Assembly (NCBI GenBank): GCA_963663035.1
Contig: OY760074.1
Span: 2,784,001 to 2,848,000, forward strand
DNA length: 64,000 nt
Reading direction: 5' to 3'
Source of the DNA: Acidobacteriota bacterium
GTDB taxonomy: Bacteria; Acidobacteriota; UBA6911; RPQK01; JADFOI01
Part shown: piece after piece, positions 42,786 to 53,129 of the stretch
Numbering within the stretch: the first letter of the stretch is position 1
Layout: every line of letters starts with the position of its first letter
The notes under the pieces: generated by a model
Seen by the model: only the letters and a program-made list of their open reading frames with translations
Told to the model about the DNA's origin: nothing
Databases searched by the model: none
Position numbers and translations under genes: made by a program

Positions 42786-42965
42786 ACCGTCATCCTATGC
42801 CACACATGGACTCGTAGGTGCAAACGCGCTGTGAGTTTTGCCGACCCCAGCCTATGGCTGCAAGGCCCTCATTCGCGGGCCTCAGAACCAAGGCGCATTA
42901 ACAAGCCCTGGTCGGATAGTCTGGCGGCTCATTTAAGCGGATTTATGCACCCACGGCAAACCGGG

Positions 42966-44624
42966 TCAACTCTGGATCGCCTGCCGGGCAGTGAGAATGT
43001 CGTTGACGAGGCTCTGAACGTTCTGCTCGTCAATGAACGGCGAGAGAATGAAGCTCTTCAGGCCCACCATCGGCTCGCCGTAATCCGTTTCGCGATAGCA
43101 ATCTGTCATCGAGATGTGCACGCCTTCGCCACGCATGGCCCGGTCGTAGAGATATCGGAACAGTCGGCGATTATAGTCGTTGTGGCGCAGCAACTCTTCC
43201 CGGGCGTCTGGATCGGTACGCTCGCGGTCCTTAATGGTCCACGTATCGACCCCGTCGGGATAAACCCGAAACACCGTGACCGTTCCGATGCCGTCGTCGT
43301 TGAGCACCGTCGTCGAATCATGCCCTTCGAGATGCTCGCGCAGTGATTCGGCCATCTCCACAAGGTGGCCGAGGAGAACGCGGAGGCCGATCCGGCCGAA
43401 GAGATGGAGGTTAGCGTACGCTGCGAGCACGCCTGAACCGCTACGCGAAGCCTCCAGCGTAAACATCCCGGGGTGGCGCTCGCCGGACTGGAACAGATAC
43501 GGCATCTCGTTCCGGCCACGCACGAGGTATTGCAGGTCGGCTCGGTCACGGACCAGAACCAAGCTCGAGATGTATGGCGCGAAGCCGGTTTTGTGGAAGT
43601 CGACTCCGATGGAGTCGGCCCGGTGCAGCTTCGAGATGCGACGGCAAGCCGCCGCGAGCGCCCGCACCGTGCGTGGACGAAACCCGAGTGGATTCCGTTC
43701 GAAGTCGTAGCCGTTGAACACCGACCACGCCCATCCGATGACGGCGTCGGCGTGGACGTGCGGCGTGTAGTCGAGGTCGTAGTCGTCGACCAACCGGTCA
43801 CGCAGGTCGACGACCGCGTCGAGATCGTCTACGCCGAACGCGTCGGTTGTACCCATCGTCGCAACCAGCGCCACGATGCGCCGACCCTGGTCGATCGCCG
43901 CGCGGGCGGCCGCGTCGAGCCGGTCGATGCGGATGTCGTTTTGCAGGTGCGTCGGCACTTCAACAACGTTCTTCTCGCCGAGGCCGAGCCAGCCGGCGAC
44001 ATTCAGGCGGCAGTAGTGGCTCTGCGCCGACGCCAGGATCACGCCGTCCGCACGGATGCCGTTGCCCATCGCGTCGGGAAACGCCTTCTCGATGCCGAGC
44101 TTAATGCCGTAGAGCATCGTGCCAGTCCCGCCGAACGTAAAGACGCCGTCCGACTGCTCTGCGTCATAGCCGATGAGCCGGGCCACCATCGCGGCAACCG
44201 ACGCTTCGGTCAGCGCAAGGCCGTACGATGTATCATCGGAGACGAGGTTCGGGTTGTAGATGGCGGACAGCAGCGAGCCGATGATGCTCGGGATCGATGA
44301 CGGCGGGATAACGTTGATCTGCGTCCGCGGATGCCCCCAGATCGGTAGACCTTCGAGCTTGTCGACCAGCAGGCTCGTCACCTCCTCCACGCTGCGTCCC
44401 TCCTCAGCCAACTCCGTCTGCTCGGTGGACGTGTAATCGAGCTCACGAGGTCGGCCGAGCAGTGGCACCTCGGACTTCATGGCGTCGGCCTGATCAAGTG
44501 CCCGCATGATCGAGAAGACAAAGTACGCGTCGTGCATCCGGTCGGAAACCGGCGCAGGGAAGGCGTTACGTATCCGGGTCAGCAGTTCGTGGTAGATGGC
44601 ATTAGTCATGCGTAGAGAGTCCAT
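42966..44624 (-). CDS. Group II PLP-dependent decarboxylase
   Basis: GVFTFGGT, AQSHY, ATMGTT, HADAVIG and ADSIGVDFHK (PLP lysine). Confidence 0.9.
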   Translation of the reverse strand: MDSLRMTNAIYHELLTRIRNAFPAPVSDRMHDAYFVFSIMRALDQADAMKSEVPLLGRPRELDYTSTEQTELAEEGRSVEEVTSLLVDKLEGLPIWGHPRTQINVIPPSSIPSIIGSLLSAIYNPNLVSDDTSYGLALTEASVAAMVARLIGYDAEQSDGVFTFGGTGTMLYGIKLGIEKAFPDAMGNGIRADGVILASAQSHYCRLNVAGWLGLGEKNVVEVPTHLQNDIRIDRLDAAARAAIDQGRRIVALVATMGTTDAFGVDDLDAVVDLRDRLVDDYDLDYTPHVHADAVIGWAWSVFNGYDFERNPLGFRPRTVRALAAACRRISKLHRADSIGVDFHKTGFAPYISSLVLVRDRADLQYLVRGRNEMPYLFQSGERHPGMFTLEASRSGSGVLAAYANLHLFGRIGLRVLLGHLVEMAESLREHLEGHDSTTVLNDDGIGTVTVFRVYPDGVDTWTIKDRERTDPDAREELLRHNDYNRRLFRYLYDRAMRGEGVHISMTDCYRETDYGEPMVGLKSFILSPFIDEQNVQSLVNDILTARQAIQS

Positions 44625-44756
44625 GCTGGAGCAATCACGTCAAAGCCCTCCGGCATCGGGCGTAATGCGCGGGCCCTGTAAGGCAACCGTCAAAAAGCCA
44701 TTGAACTTGCACTGAACGGGTATTGTCAAGTTACCGGTGAACGAACAAGTTCGATC

Positions 44757-45861
44757 AGCGTTGTTGCATGGATCGGGGCGGAGATGGAATTCGCCCTTTC
44801 TCAAGCGGTAGCGTCAGGCGATGCGTTGGAACACAGGCCGCCCGAGTGCGGTCATTGCGTTCAGAACTTTCTGGCCGACCTGGATCTCCGCGATTTGCCT
44901 GGAGAAGCTGCGAGATTTGAGCTTGGGGCCGATCACGCTCTTCCAACGACCGATCTGCGTTTCTATCCGGCTGCGTTGGTTGTACCCTGTGGCCACTTGC
45001 CAGGCCATGCGGCCGTTGCTGCGGATCTGGGCAATATGGCGATCCCGAACGGTTGGATCCCGCGCCGATTGCGGTCGGATCACTGCGTTCTTCGGCGGCG
45101 GTATAACCACATCCAGGGTCTCCCCATACCGCTGCCTCAGCATATCCCGTATAGACGCTCCATCATAGGCGCCGTCAGCCAGAAAGCCCGCGACAGGAGC
45201 ATCGAGTTGATCCAGGAGCCCGGGTAAGGCGGCGCTGTCTCCAACCTCATCGTGAGTCAGATCGGCGCAAACAATCGCACCGCTGGCCAGGTCCAGTCCG
45301 AGGTGGAGTTTGCGCCAGCGGCGGCGTATTCCCTTGATTTTATGCTTCTGGGCGAGCCATTCCCCCTCGCCGAAGATCTTGAGGCCGGTACTGTCCACCA
45401 CCAGATGGACAGCCACAGACCCGGCTTGCCTCATCGCCTGAGCGATGCTCAAGCCGTTTGCGCGACGCGACAGTGTGGAGTAATCCGGCACCCGTATATC
45501 CAGCCCCATGAGCGTGCCGATGGAGCCCATAAGTCCCTGCGTTTGCCGCAACGCAAGCCGATACGTCGTGCGCAGCGTCAGGCAGGTCTCGATCGCCAAA
45601 TCCGAGTATCTCCACTGGCCACCCCGTGACGTGCGGCGCGGCGCGCTCCACACACTTTGCGCCTCCTCACTGACCCAGATCGTCAGATCGCCCCCGCTGG
45701 CGCAGGCTCTCGTTATATTCCGCCCAGTCGATCACCCGATACTGCGCCTTATCGAACTTGTGCCGTCGGGATGCGTTGAACTTATGTGGCATCTAAGTTA
45801 TCCCCAGTGTTGAAAAACACCATGATTAGACATCCTTCGGGATGATCCATGCAACAAGGTC
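44757..45861 (-). mobile_element. IS5-family (IS903 group) element; transposase 45792..44814 with a frameshift in a G run
   Basis: IRs GCGTTGTTGCATGGATC / GATCCATGCAACAAGG; VDSTGLKIFGEGEW...WRKLHL...ADGAYD...YNQRSRIET. Confidence 0.92.
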
Positions 45862-46192
45862 GTCCAGAGATGACTTCCCGGAAATAGACGGGGGAAGTGC
45901 CGTATTCGGTTCGCTTGTTCGTAGCGGAAATTACGATGGAGGCCCTATTTTAGACAGAGGCCCTTAAAAACCCGTAGGGCGTGGGATCGTTGCGGAACCG
46001 TTCCTTTGTGCAATCCCATCTATCGATATTCTTCAGATCATCTTCCCGCGGTCGGCATGGCCCATGGGATTGTACAATTGCCTTGCCCGGCAATCGTTTC
46101 TCCGAAGAGCTGTCGCCCTTGCCCTTGGTATAATCATTGGCGATAATCGAAGATTGCAGACTGATCGGAAATCGCCACCCCGGGAAACATCA

Positions 46193-46624
46193 ATGACTTC
46201 GCCGGTGCGAAGCGTGAATGTTGATCATGTGTCTCGGCTGATGGAAGCCGTCCGTATCGGGGGAGAATTGGACATGGAGAAATTCCTTCGGGTGGCATCC
46301 GATATCGGTGGCTACACGCCTGAAACGGACCCGGGCCACAAACCGGCTGGGCGGGTGGGAGCGTCTGACGATACCGTGAGATTAGAGTGGGTTTCCCGGT
46401 GGCTAGGTTTGAAGGATCCAGAAGCCGAAGTCCTGTTCGGTCTCGGCAAACCACGGTACACGCCTTCCGGTATCACGCGTGAGCATCTGTTGGCCGTGTT
46501 GGAGGCGATCCGCGAATGTGAGCCGGTGGATCGGGATATCTGGGCCAAGCACGATCCGGATCGGGACCGGAAACTTTCCGGCCTGCCTCCAAAAACCACG
46601 AGCCCACAGGAGGTAGGACCATGA
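46193..46624 (+). CDS. Hypothetical protein
   Basis: ORF with ATGA coupling to the next gene. Confidence 0.5.
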   Translation: MTSPVRSVNVDHVSRLMEAVRIGGELDMEKFLRVASDIGGYTPETDPGHKPAGRVGASDDTVRLEWVSRWLGLKDPEAEVLFGLGKPRYTPSGITREHLLAVLEAIRECEPVDRDIWAKHDPDRDRKLSGLPPKTTSPQEVGP

Positions 46625-46863
46625 ACATGGATATGTACGTCTACCGGGTGACTGAAAAGCCGGATTCTGAAAGCGTCGGCGAGCCGGGAGAGCCATTCGA
46701 GGCGTTCAACTTGAGCGAGGCGAAGCGCATCTCAACGCGACGGCAGAAGGTAAAGGGGAGCGTGCTCGTCCTGGAGGATCTGACCGGCAGGCCACGCGTT
46801 GTCTCAACCAAAGGTACAAGCGGAAAATGGACGGATGAGGAAGAAGAGGAGACGTCCTACTAA
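46621..46863 (+). CDS. Small hypothetical protein (phage/plasmid-like)
   Basis: AGGAGG RBS; 80 aa. Confidence 0.5.
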   Translation: MNMDMYVYRVTEKPDSESVGEPGEPFEAFNLSEAKRISTRRQKVKGSVLVLEDLTGRPRVVSTKGTSGKWTDEEEEETSY

Positions 46864-46985
46864 AGGGGTGTGCAGGCCACAAGGCAGCTGTTGCGACCTG
46901 CATCTCCGAGGCGCTGGACGCCACATGATTCCGTCTCTAACTTAGAGGTTGAGACCACTCGTAGGGACAGGTCAGCCTCACAAAA

Positions 46986-47013
46986 AGGAACGATAAAGGA
47001 CGTTATGTTACTC
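46986..47013 (+). other. 28-bp asymmetric dif-like site C
   Basis: AGGAACGATAA-AGGACG-TTATGTTACTC; core and right arm identical to site B. Confidence 0.65.
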
Positions 47014-47124
47014 TCTCATGGGAAGTTGATATTAAGCGTATACTCCCCAAAGTCTTGAACGGTTTTTTTGTCACTGCCTTTGGGTCCGTACCGCTTCGGT
47101 GCACACCCAGGCCAGCAGCAGCAG

Positions 47125-47428
47125 CGGTATCCAGAATGTCCTCAACGACAAGAACGTCCCGTCCCTGAATGGGAATCTGAATCTCCTTGGTGACCTGCAC
47201 GCTCAAACGGGACTGGTCGTCTGAACCCTAGCTGGAAAGGCCCACGAAATCCACCGTCACGGGCACCTCAACGGACCGGACCAGATCGGCCATGAAGATG
47301 AAGCTCCCCTTCAAAAGACCGACCACTACCAGATCCCGCCCGGCGTAGTCCTGGGACACCGCACCGGCTAACTCCTTGACCCGGCCTGCGATCTGATGAG
47401 AGGAGTAAAGTGGCGTTAGGCCTTTCAA
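47125..47428 (-). pseudogene. hpt: Hypoxanthine phosphoribosyltransferase with in-frame TAG and 3' truncation
   Basis: VGLLKGSFIFMADLVR...VDF..LSS*GS...GRDVLVVEDILDT, after which homology stops. Confidence 0.85.
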
Positions 47429-47470
47429 ACCAGCGCTTCCTCTGGAGCGCCCGTACGATGCAGTATCGGT

Positions 47471-48160
47471 TTAGTTGATCCAGTCACCGTGGGCCTCCAC
47501 GGTCTCCACCTCTTCCATCTCGAAGACTTCACACGACCGGATCTTCCGTTTCCTGAACTGGAAGTAGCCCACCGCCGCCAGGATGCCGATGCCGCAGCCG
47601 ATGGCGTGTGTCCGGTAGCTCACCTCCGGAGAGAGGTTGGTGGGGATCAACACCACCAGTCCCACACCGACGGCATGCAGAAGACGCCTCGAGAACGACC
47701 GGGTTCTCTCGATGAGAACATAGAGGGTCAACCAGAAACCGGCCATCAGGTAGACGACTCCCGAGGCCCCTACCAGCCGGGTGTCAGGGGAATAAGTGAG
47801 AAGTGAACAGTAATTGGTGAACGCGCCTAGGATCAGCATGCCGAGCGGATGGACCCAGAAGCCGAAAGAGCCGTAAAGAAGGTAGGCGAAAAAGGTGAAA
47901 AATAGCGCATTGGCCAGAAAGTGTCTGAGATCGGCATGAACGGCGATCGCCGTGAACAATCTCCAGTACTCCCCCTCCACCCGAACCTGGCGTGGAATCG
48001 CCGCCAGAAGCTGAAACCATTCAGGTTCCCGCCAGCAGATCATGGAGAGAAACAAAAGCAGCATGACACTGATGACGGCAACCAGCAGGCTCTCGTCTCG
48101 CGGAGGCTCTGAGAGCATGGTCCTTTTGATGCGTACGCCTCCCATCCCCAGCACAGGCAT
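47471..48160 (-). CDS. Rhomboid intramembrane serine protease
   Basis: YWRLFTA..VHAD..HFLAN...VGASGVVY...SYRTHAIG. Confidence 0.88.
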   Translation of the reverse strand: MPVLGMGGVRIKRTMLSEPPRDESLLVAVISVMLLLFLSMICWREPEWFQLLAAIPRQVRVEGEYWRLFTAIAVHADLRHFLANALFFTFFAYLLYGSFGFWVHPLGMLILGAFTNYCSLLTYSPDTRLVGASGVVYLMAGFWLTLYVLIERTRSFSRRLLHAVGVGLVVLIPTNLSPEVSYRTHAIGCGIGILAAVGYFQFRKRKIRSCEVFEMEEVETVEAHGDWIN

Positions 48161-48179
48161 GCGGAAATAGTATCAGCAC

Positions 48180-48990
48180 GGCATTGTCAGAGAAAAACAG
48201 GCTTGATTCGGCGAGATGCGTCTTGTAAGTGTCTTTGGATGAAGAGCCCATTTCGCTATTTCAAGACTTCGCCCGAAATCATCCGCCTTGCGGTGATGAT
48301 GTAGGTGCGGTTTCCACTGTCGCTACGCAATGTCGAGGACCTTCTCCACGAGCGCGGGATCGAGGTGAGCCACGAGACCATCCGGTTCTGGTGGAACCGC
48401 TTTGGCCCGATCTTTGCCGCCGAGATCCGCAAGAAGCGGAAGGGTCGAATGCGGGCGTTGTCGGGTTGTCGGTGGCACCTCGATGAGGTGTTCGTGAAGA
48501 TCAATGGCGAACGCCATTACCTGTGGCGTGCCGTGGACCAGGAAGGCGAGGTGCTGGAGGCCTTTGTCTCGAAGAAGAAAGACCGCAAGGCCGCCTTGAA
48601 ATTCCTCAGGAAACTGATGAAGCGCTACCCTAGACCGGATGCGATCATCACGGATCGGCTAAGGTCTTACCGCGCGGCATTGCGTGAACTGGGCGGAAGC
48701 GGTCTGCATCAAGCTGGCCGCTGGCGGAACAATCGTGCGGAGAATTCCCACCTGCCGTTCCGGCGGCGAGAACACGCAATGCTCCGTTTCAGGCGGATGC
48801 GAAGCCTCCAGAAATTTGCCGCCGCCCATTCTTCCGTCTACAACCACTTCAACCTGCGGCGATCCCTCTGCTCACGGGACAATTTCAAGCTCAACCGCGC
48901 CTCTGCACTTGCCAAGTGGCGTTAACTCGGGCGGCCTAATTCCCTATCGCCAGTGGAGAACTCAGACCTGCTAATTTCCTCTGACAGTGC
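48180..48990 (+). mobile_element. IS6-family element (type A) copy 2; TAG at 48302
   Basis: IRs and transposase as in copy 1. Confidence 0.93.
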
Positions 48991-49016
48991 TTTTTGCGGG
49001 GGGGGGTAGGTCAGCT

Positions 49017-50606
49017 CTATTGACCTTCGAAATCCGTTGAAGTGAGATAGTCCGATGCCTCTTTCAGACCCGGCACGGAATACCCGCTCCAGATGTTCTG
49101 GAGCTTTCGATATTGCTCGGCGGCCAGGGCGCGATTGCCCAGGGCCGCATACGCGCGCGCCAGTCCGCGAACGGACAGGGCCCGGTTGGGCGTGCGCAAG
49201 AGCGCTGTCTGGTAGAAAAGCACGGCCTCTTCCGCCTGGCCGAGTTCCAAGAAGATCTCGCCGGCGAGCTCGTACACCGGCTTCACCGGGCTTGGAGCCC
49301 CACGGGGTGGACGCATGCTTTCGGCTTGCTCCACGCCCTTCTTGATGTGCTCGATGGCGCCCGTCGTGTCACCCTTTGCCAGTGCGTCGAGGGCCTCGAT
49401 CTCGTGCTGCGCAACGCGCGCCGGCTTGGCCTGTCGGTCAAATAGCGACGCGCCCGCAGCTAGCTTGTCGGCTACCAAACGGATCTGGCTGGCTGCTTTT
49501 CCGAGCGTCGCGTTGTCTCCGGTGTGGTACGCGCTGATACCGGTCGCCAGAAGCTCGTGTGCGGACGACTTCTCCGTCACCGGCTGCACGTCCCACGTTT
49601 CTGTCTCCAGAACGTAGCGCGCTTTCACCAGCGGCAGGCTCTCAACACCGCGAGTTTGCGAGCCACTTTTATCAGTCAGTTCCTCGAGCCTTGCGATCCA
49701 GGTCTTGGCCTTGGCGTAGTCGCCACGCTGAAGGTCACCGTACTGCCCCCAGTCAAGCGGGTGCACAGCACTACCAATGTCGTCTCCCGGCTCCCACAGG
49801 TTGATAGCCACATCGTAAGCAGACTGGTTGGCCCTCGAGACCCGTTCCCACATGCCCCGCTGGATGAAGATGTGCGAAGGCATGTGACGCGCGTGCGCTA
49901 CTGCTTCCGCGATCTCTGCGAAGCGATAGGCGGCGGGGATCGCCAGCGGCGCATGCACCGGGTCGTCGAAAGAATGAATGATATAGTGAGCGGCACCCGG
50001 ATGATTCGGATTCCTCGCGAATACTTCCATGGCGACCGCGCCCGCCTCGACGTACATCCGAAAGGTGGTGTCACCGGAGGGGCGCACCGCAGCAATCGTG
50101 GCCAATGCGTAGTGCGAAGCCACCTCGTCGTCGTTGGGGTGTTTCTCGTACAGACGGCGCATGGCTTCCATGTAGCCAATTTTGCGCTCGGCGACATCTC
50201 CTTCGCCCCATAGAGTCTCGACCGCTTGCAAAAAACCCTTTTCCCGTTCCGTGGGCGCTTTCGCAAGCCGTTCTCCAGGCGTTGCTCCCAACCGCTTCAA
50301 CACCGCACGAGGCGAATCCAGATCCTGGTCACCGAGGAGCGGATGGTTGTAGCAGAGACTCTCACCCCAGTAGGCCATAGCAAAGTCCGGGTCCAGCTTC
50401 TGTGCCGCCTGGAATTCAGCGATGGCCTGCTTCCATCCGAAGCTGTGCAGAATGGCTGCACCACGTAAGAAACGTGCCTGCGCTTCGGGTGATTTCGTCG
50501 ATGTCGGAAAGACGAGCGTTCCGACGTCTTTACCCTGAGCCACCACCATACCCACACTGATCGTGAGCACGAGTAATGCGTTACAAATTGTCCGGAACCC
50601 CCTCAT
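49017..50606 (-). CDS. Secreted TPR-like protein
   Basis: GAGGAGG RBS, signal peptide, F..AQKLDPDFAMAYWG, HPGAAHYIIH..D and HARHMPSHIF. Confidence 0.8.
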   Translation of the reverse strand: MRGFRTICNALLVLTISVGMVVAQGKDVGTLVFPTSTKSPEAQARFLRGAAILHSFGWKQAIAEFQAAQKLDPDFAMAYWGESLCYNHPLLGDQDLDSPRAVLKRLGATPGERLAKAPTEREKGFLQAVETLWGEGDVAERKIGYMEAMRRLYEKHPNDDEVASHYALATIAAVRPSGDTTFRMYVEAGAVAMEVFARNPNHPGAAHYIIHSFDDPVHAPLAIPAAYRFAEIAEAVAHARHMPSHIFIQRGMWERVSRANQSAYDVAINLWEPGDDIGSAVHPLDWGQYGDLQRGDYAKAKTWIARLEELTDKSGSQTRGVESLPLVKARYVLETETWDVQPVTEKSSAHELLATGISAYHTGDNATLGKAASQIRLVADKLAAGASLFDRQAKPARVAQHEIEALDALAKGDTTGAIEHIKKGVEQAESMRPPRGAPSPVKPVYELAGEIFLELGQAEEAVLFYQTALLRTPNRALSVRGLARAYAALGNRALAAEQYRKLQNIWSGYSVPGLKEASDYLTSTDFEGQ

Positions 50607-50714
50607 GGCCTCCTCCTCAAGGTAACTAAGAAATTGCTTTCTGGAGGCTAGTTTATCTGGGATGGGAAAGTGGGTCAACAGGTATTTACCTAGAAAACAG
50701 CGAACCCAAAAGGA

Positions 50715-51517
50715 GGCATTGTCAGAGAAAAACAGGGTTGATTCGGCGGGATGCGTCTTGTAAGTGTCTTTGGATGAAGAGCCCATTTCGCTATTTCAAG
50801 ACTTCGCCCGAAATCATCCGCCTTGCGGCGATGATGTAGGTGCGGTTTCCACTGTCGCTACGCAATGTCGAGGACCTTCGCCACGAGCGCGGGATCGAGG
50901 TGAGCCACGAGACCATCCGGTTCTGGTGGAACCGTTTTGGCCCGATCTTTGCCGCCGAGCTCCGCAAGAAGCGGAAGGGTCGAATGCGTGCGTTGTCGGG
51001 TTGGCGGTGGCACCTCGATGAGGTGTTCGTGAAGATCAATGGCGAACGCCATTACCTGTGGCGCGCCGTGGACCAGGAAGGCGAGGTGCTGGAGGCCTTT
51101 GTCTCGAAGAAGAGAGACCGCATGAAATTCCTCAGGAAACTGATGAAGCGCTACCCCCGGCCGGATGCGATCATCACGGATCGGCTAAGGTCTTACCGCG
51201 CGGCCTTGCGTGAACTGGGCGGAAGCGGTCGGCATCAAGCTGGCCGCTGGCTGAACAATCGTGCGGAGAATTCCCACCTGCCGTTCCGGCGGCGAGAACA
51301 CGCAATGCTCCGTTTCAGGCGGATGCGAAGCCTCCAGAAATTTGCCGCCGTCCATTCTTCCGTCTACAACCACTTCAACCTGCGGCGATGCCTCTGCTCA
51401 CGGGACAATTTCAAGCTCAACCGCGCCTCTGCACTTGCCAAGTGGCGTTAACTCGGGCGGCCTAAGTCACTATCTCCAGTGGAGAACTCAGACCTGCTGA
51501 TTTCCTCTGACAGTGCC
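50715..51517 (+). mobile_element. IS6-family element (type A) copy 3; TAG at 50837, 9-bp deletion
   Basis: IRs and transposase as in copies 1 and 2. Confidence 0.93.
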
Positions 51518-51655
51518 CCCGAAATCGATCTCACGACGGCCTGGGCGGCCAGCAACGCGGGCCTGCCGCAACCCACGACTGTTCGTTAGCATCAGTCCGG
51601 CCAAGGCTACCCGCACACCCAAAATTGCGATTATTTCCCCGAGCATGCTTTCCTC

Positions 51656-51772
51656 GGTCAGTCGTCTAGTATCTTTTGCGGACTCCCACCGCGCCTGAGG
51701 CAAAACCCATCGCGGGTGACGATACCCCGGCAACCGCACTTGCAATCAGCTTTGGGCCACTGATCGTAGATC
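51656..51772. repeat. 117-bp diverged direct repeat of 3385-3501, cut by IS3
   Basis: GGTCAGTCGTCTAGTATCTTTTGCGGACTCCCACCGCGCCTGAGGC...GGGCCACTGATCGTAGATC is present in both places. Confidence 0.9.
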
Positions 51773-53039
51773 TGACCTTGCCCCCTAAAACGAGTCCAGT
51801 TTGAATGTTAGGATTTCCGGTTTAGGAAGGAGGCAAGGATGGCAGGGAAGCGGTTTAGGGCAGAACAGATCATCATGAAGCTGCGTGAGGCAGAGGTGGG
51901 TCTGGCCCAAGGACAGAGGGTGGGACAGGTGTCGAAGCAGATGGGGGTGAGCGAGCAGACCTACTACCGGTGGCGCAAAGAGTACGGAGGGCTCCGGTTG
52001 GACCAGGCCAAGAGGTTGAAGGTGTTGGAGAAGGAGAATACCCGGTTGAAGAAGCTGGTGGCGGATCTGTCTTTGGACAAGCAGATCCTGAAGGAAGTGT
52101 CCTCGGGAAACTTCTAGGCCCGGCGAACAGGAGACGAGCGGTGATGTGGGTACGAGAGCGATTAGGAGCAGAGCGAGTCTCCGAACGTCGGGCCTGCCAA
52201 GTGCTGGGACAGGTTCGATCGACCCAGCGAAGGGAAAGGCAAATTCCCGATGATGAGGCCCGATTGGTGGCCCGGATGGTGGAGTTGGCTACGCAATACG
52301 GGCGTTATGGCTACCGGCGGGTCACGGCGATACTTCATGGGGAAGGGTGGAAGGTGAATCCTAAGCGGGTGGAGAGGCTGTGGAGACAAGAAGGGCTGAA
52401 AGTCCCGTCCAGACAGCCGAAACGAAGGAGGCTGTGGCTTAATGACGGTTCCTGTGTTCGGTTACGAGCGGCTCGCAAGAACCACGTCTGGAGCTATGAT
52501 TTCGTGCATGAACGGACCCATGATGGGCGAGCCTTTCGGCTATTGACGATCCTGGATGAGTACACCAGAGAGTGCCTCGCCATTGATGTGAAACGGCAGA
52601 TGAATCACCAAGACGTGTTGGACCGGCTGGCGGAGTTATTCGTTGATCGGGGAGTGCCTGAGTTTATCCGGTCCGATAACGGATCGGAGTTTACGGCACA
52701 GGCGGTCCGGGACTGGCTGCAGGCTGTTGGGGTAAGGACCTTGTACATCGAGCCGGGCAGCCCCTGGGAGAATGGGTACATTGAGAGTTTCAACGGGAAA
52801 CTACGGGATGAGCTGCTGAACATGGAGATCTTCGACACGCTGGGGGAAGCCAAGGTGTTGGTAGAACGCTGGCGGAGGGATTACAATCAGATCCGGCCTC
52901 ACAGCGCCTTGGCCTATCGGCCGCCGGCGCCAGAGGCCAAACTACCTAGGTCGCAGGCACTGGATCCAATCCCTTGGAGTGGACTTCAAATGGTCCCGGG
53001 TCTAGCATAGAGGGTGGACTCGTTCGTGGGGGCAGGTCA
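51773..53039 (+). mobile_element. IS3-family element, complete; inverted copy of 13580-14846
   Basis: Same length and IRs, with identical OrfA/OrfB translations (51839..52117, ..53010). Confidence 0.95.
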
Positions 53040-53129
53040 TACCAAAGGCCGTACTACTGTAAACGATCAGAAGCACTGACAGAGCTGTAATCAATCTTCT
53101 CGACATAGCATTTTCTCCCTTCCTTGTTT

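Noticed and set aside
45686-45700. Programmed frameshift in the IS5 transposase
   Set aside because: A single extra base in a G run is more simply a mutation or homopolymer error; IS903-group transposases are single ORFs.
50607-50786. N-terminal extension of the TPR ORF
   Set aside because: It runs into the IS6 end; the RBS and signal peptide point to ATG 50606.
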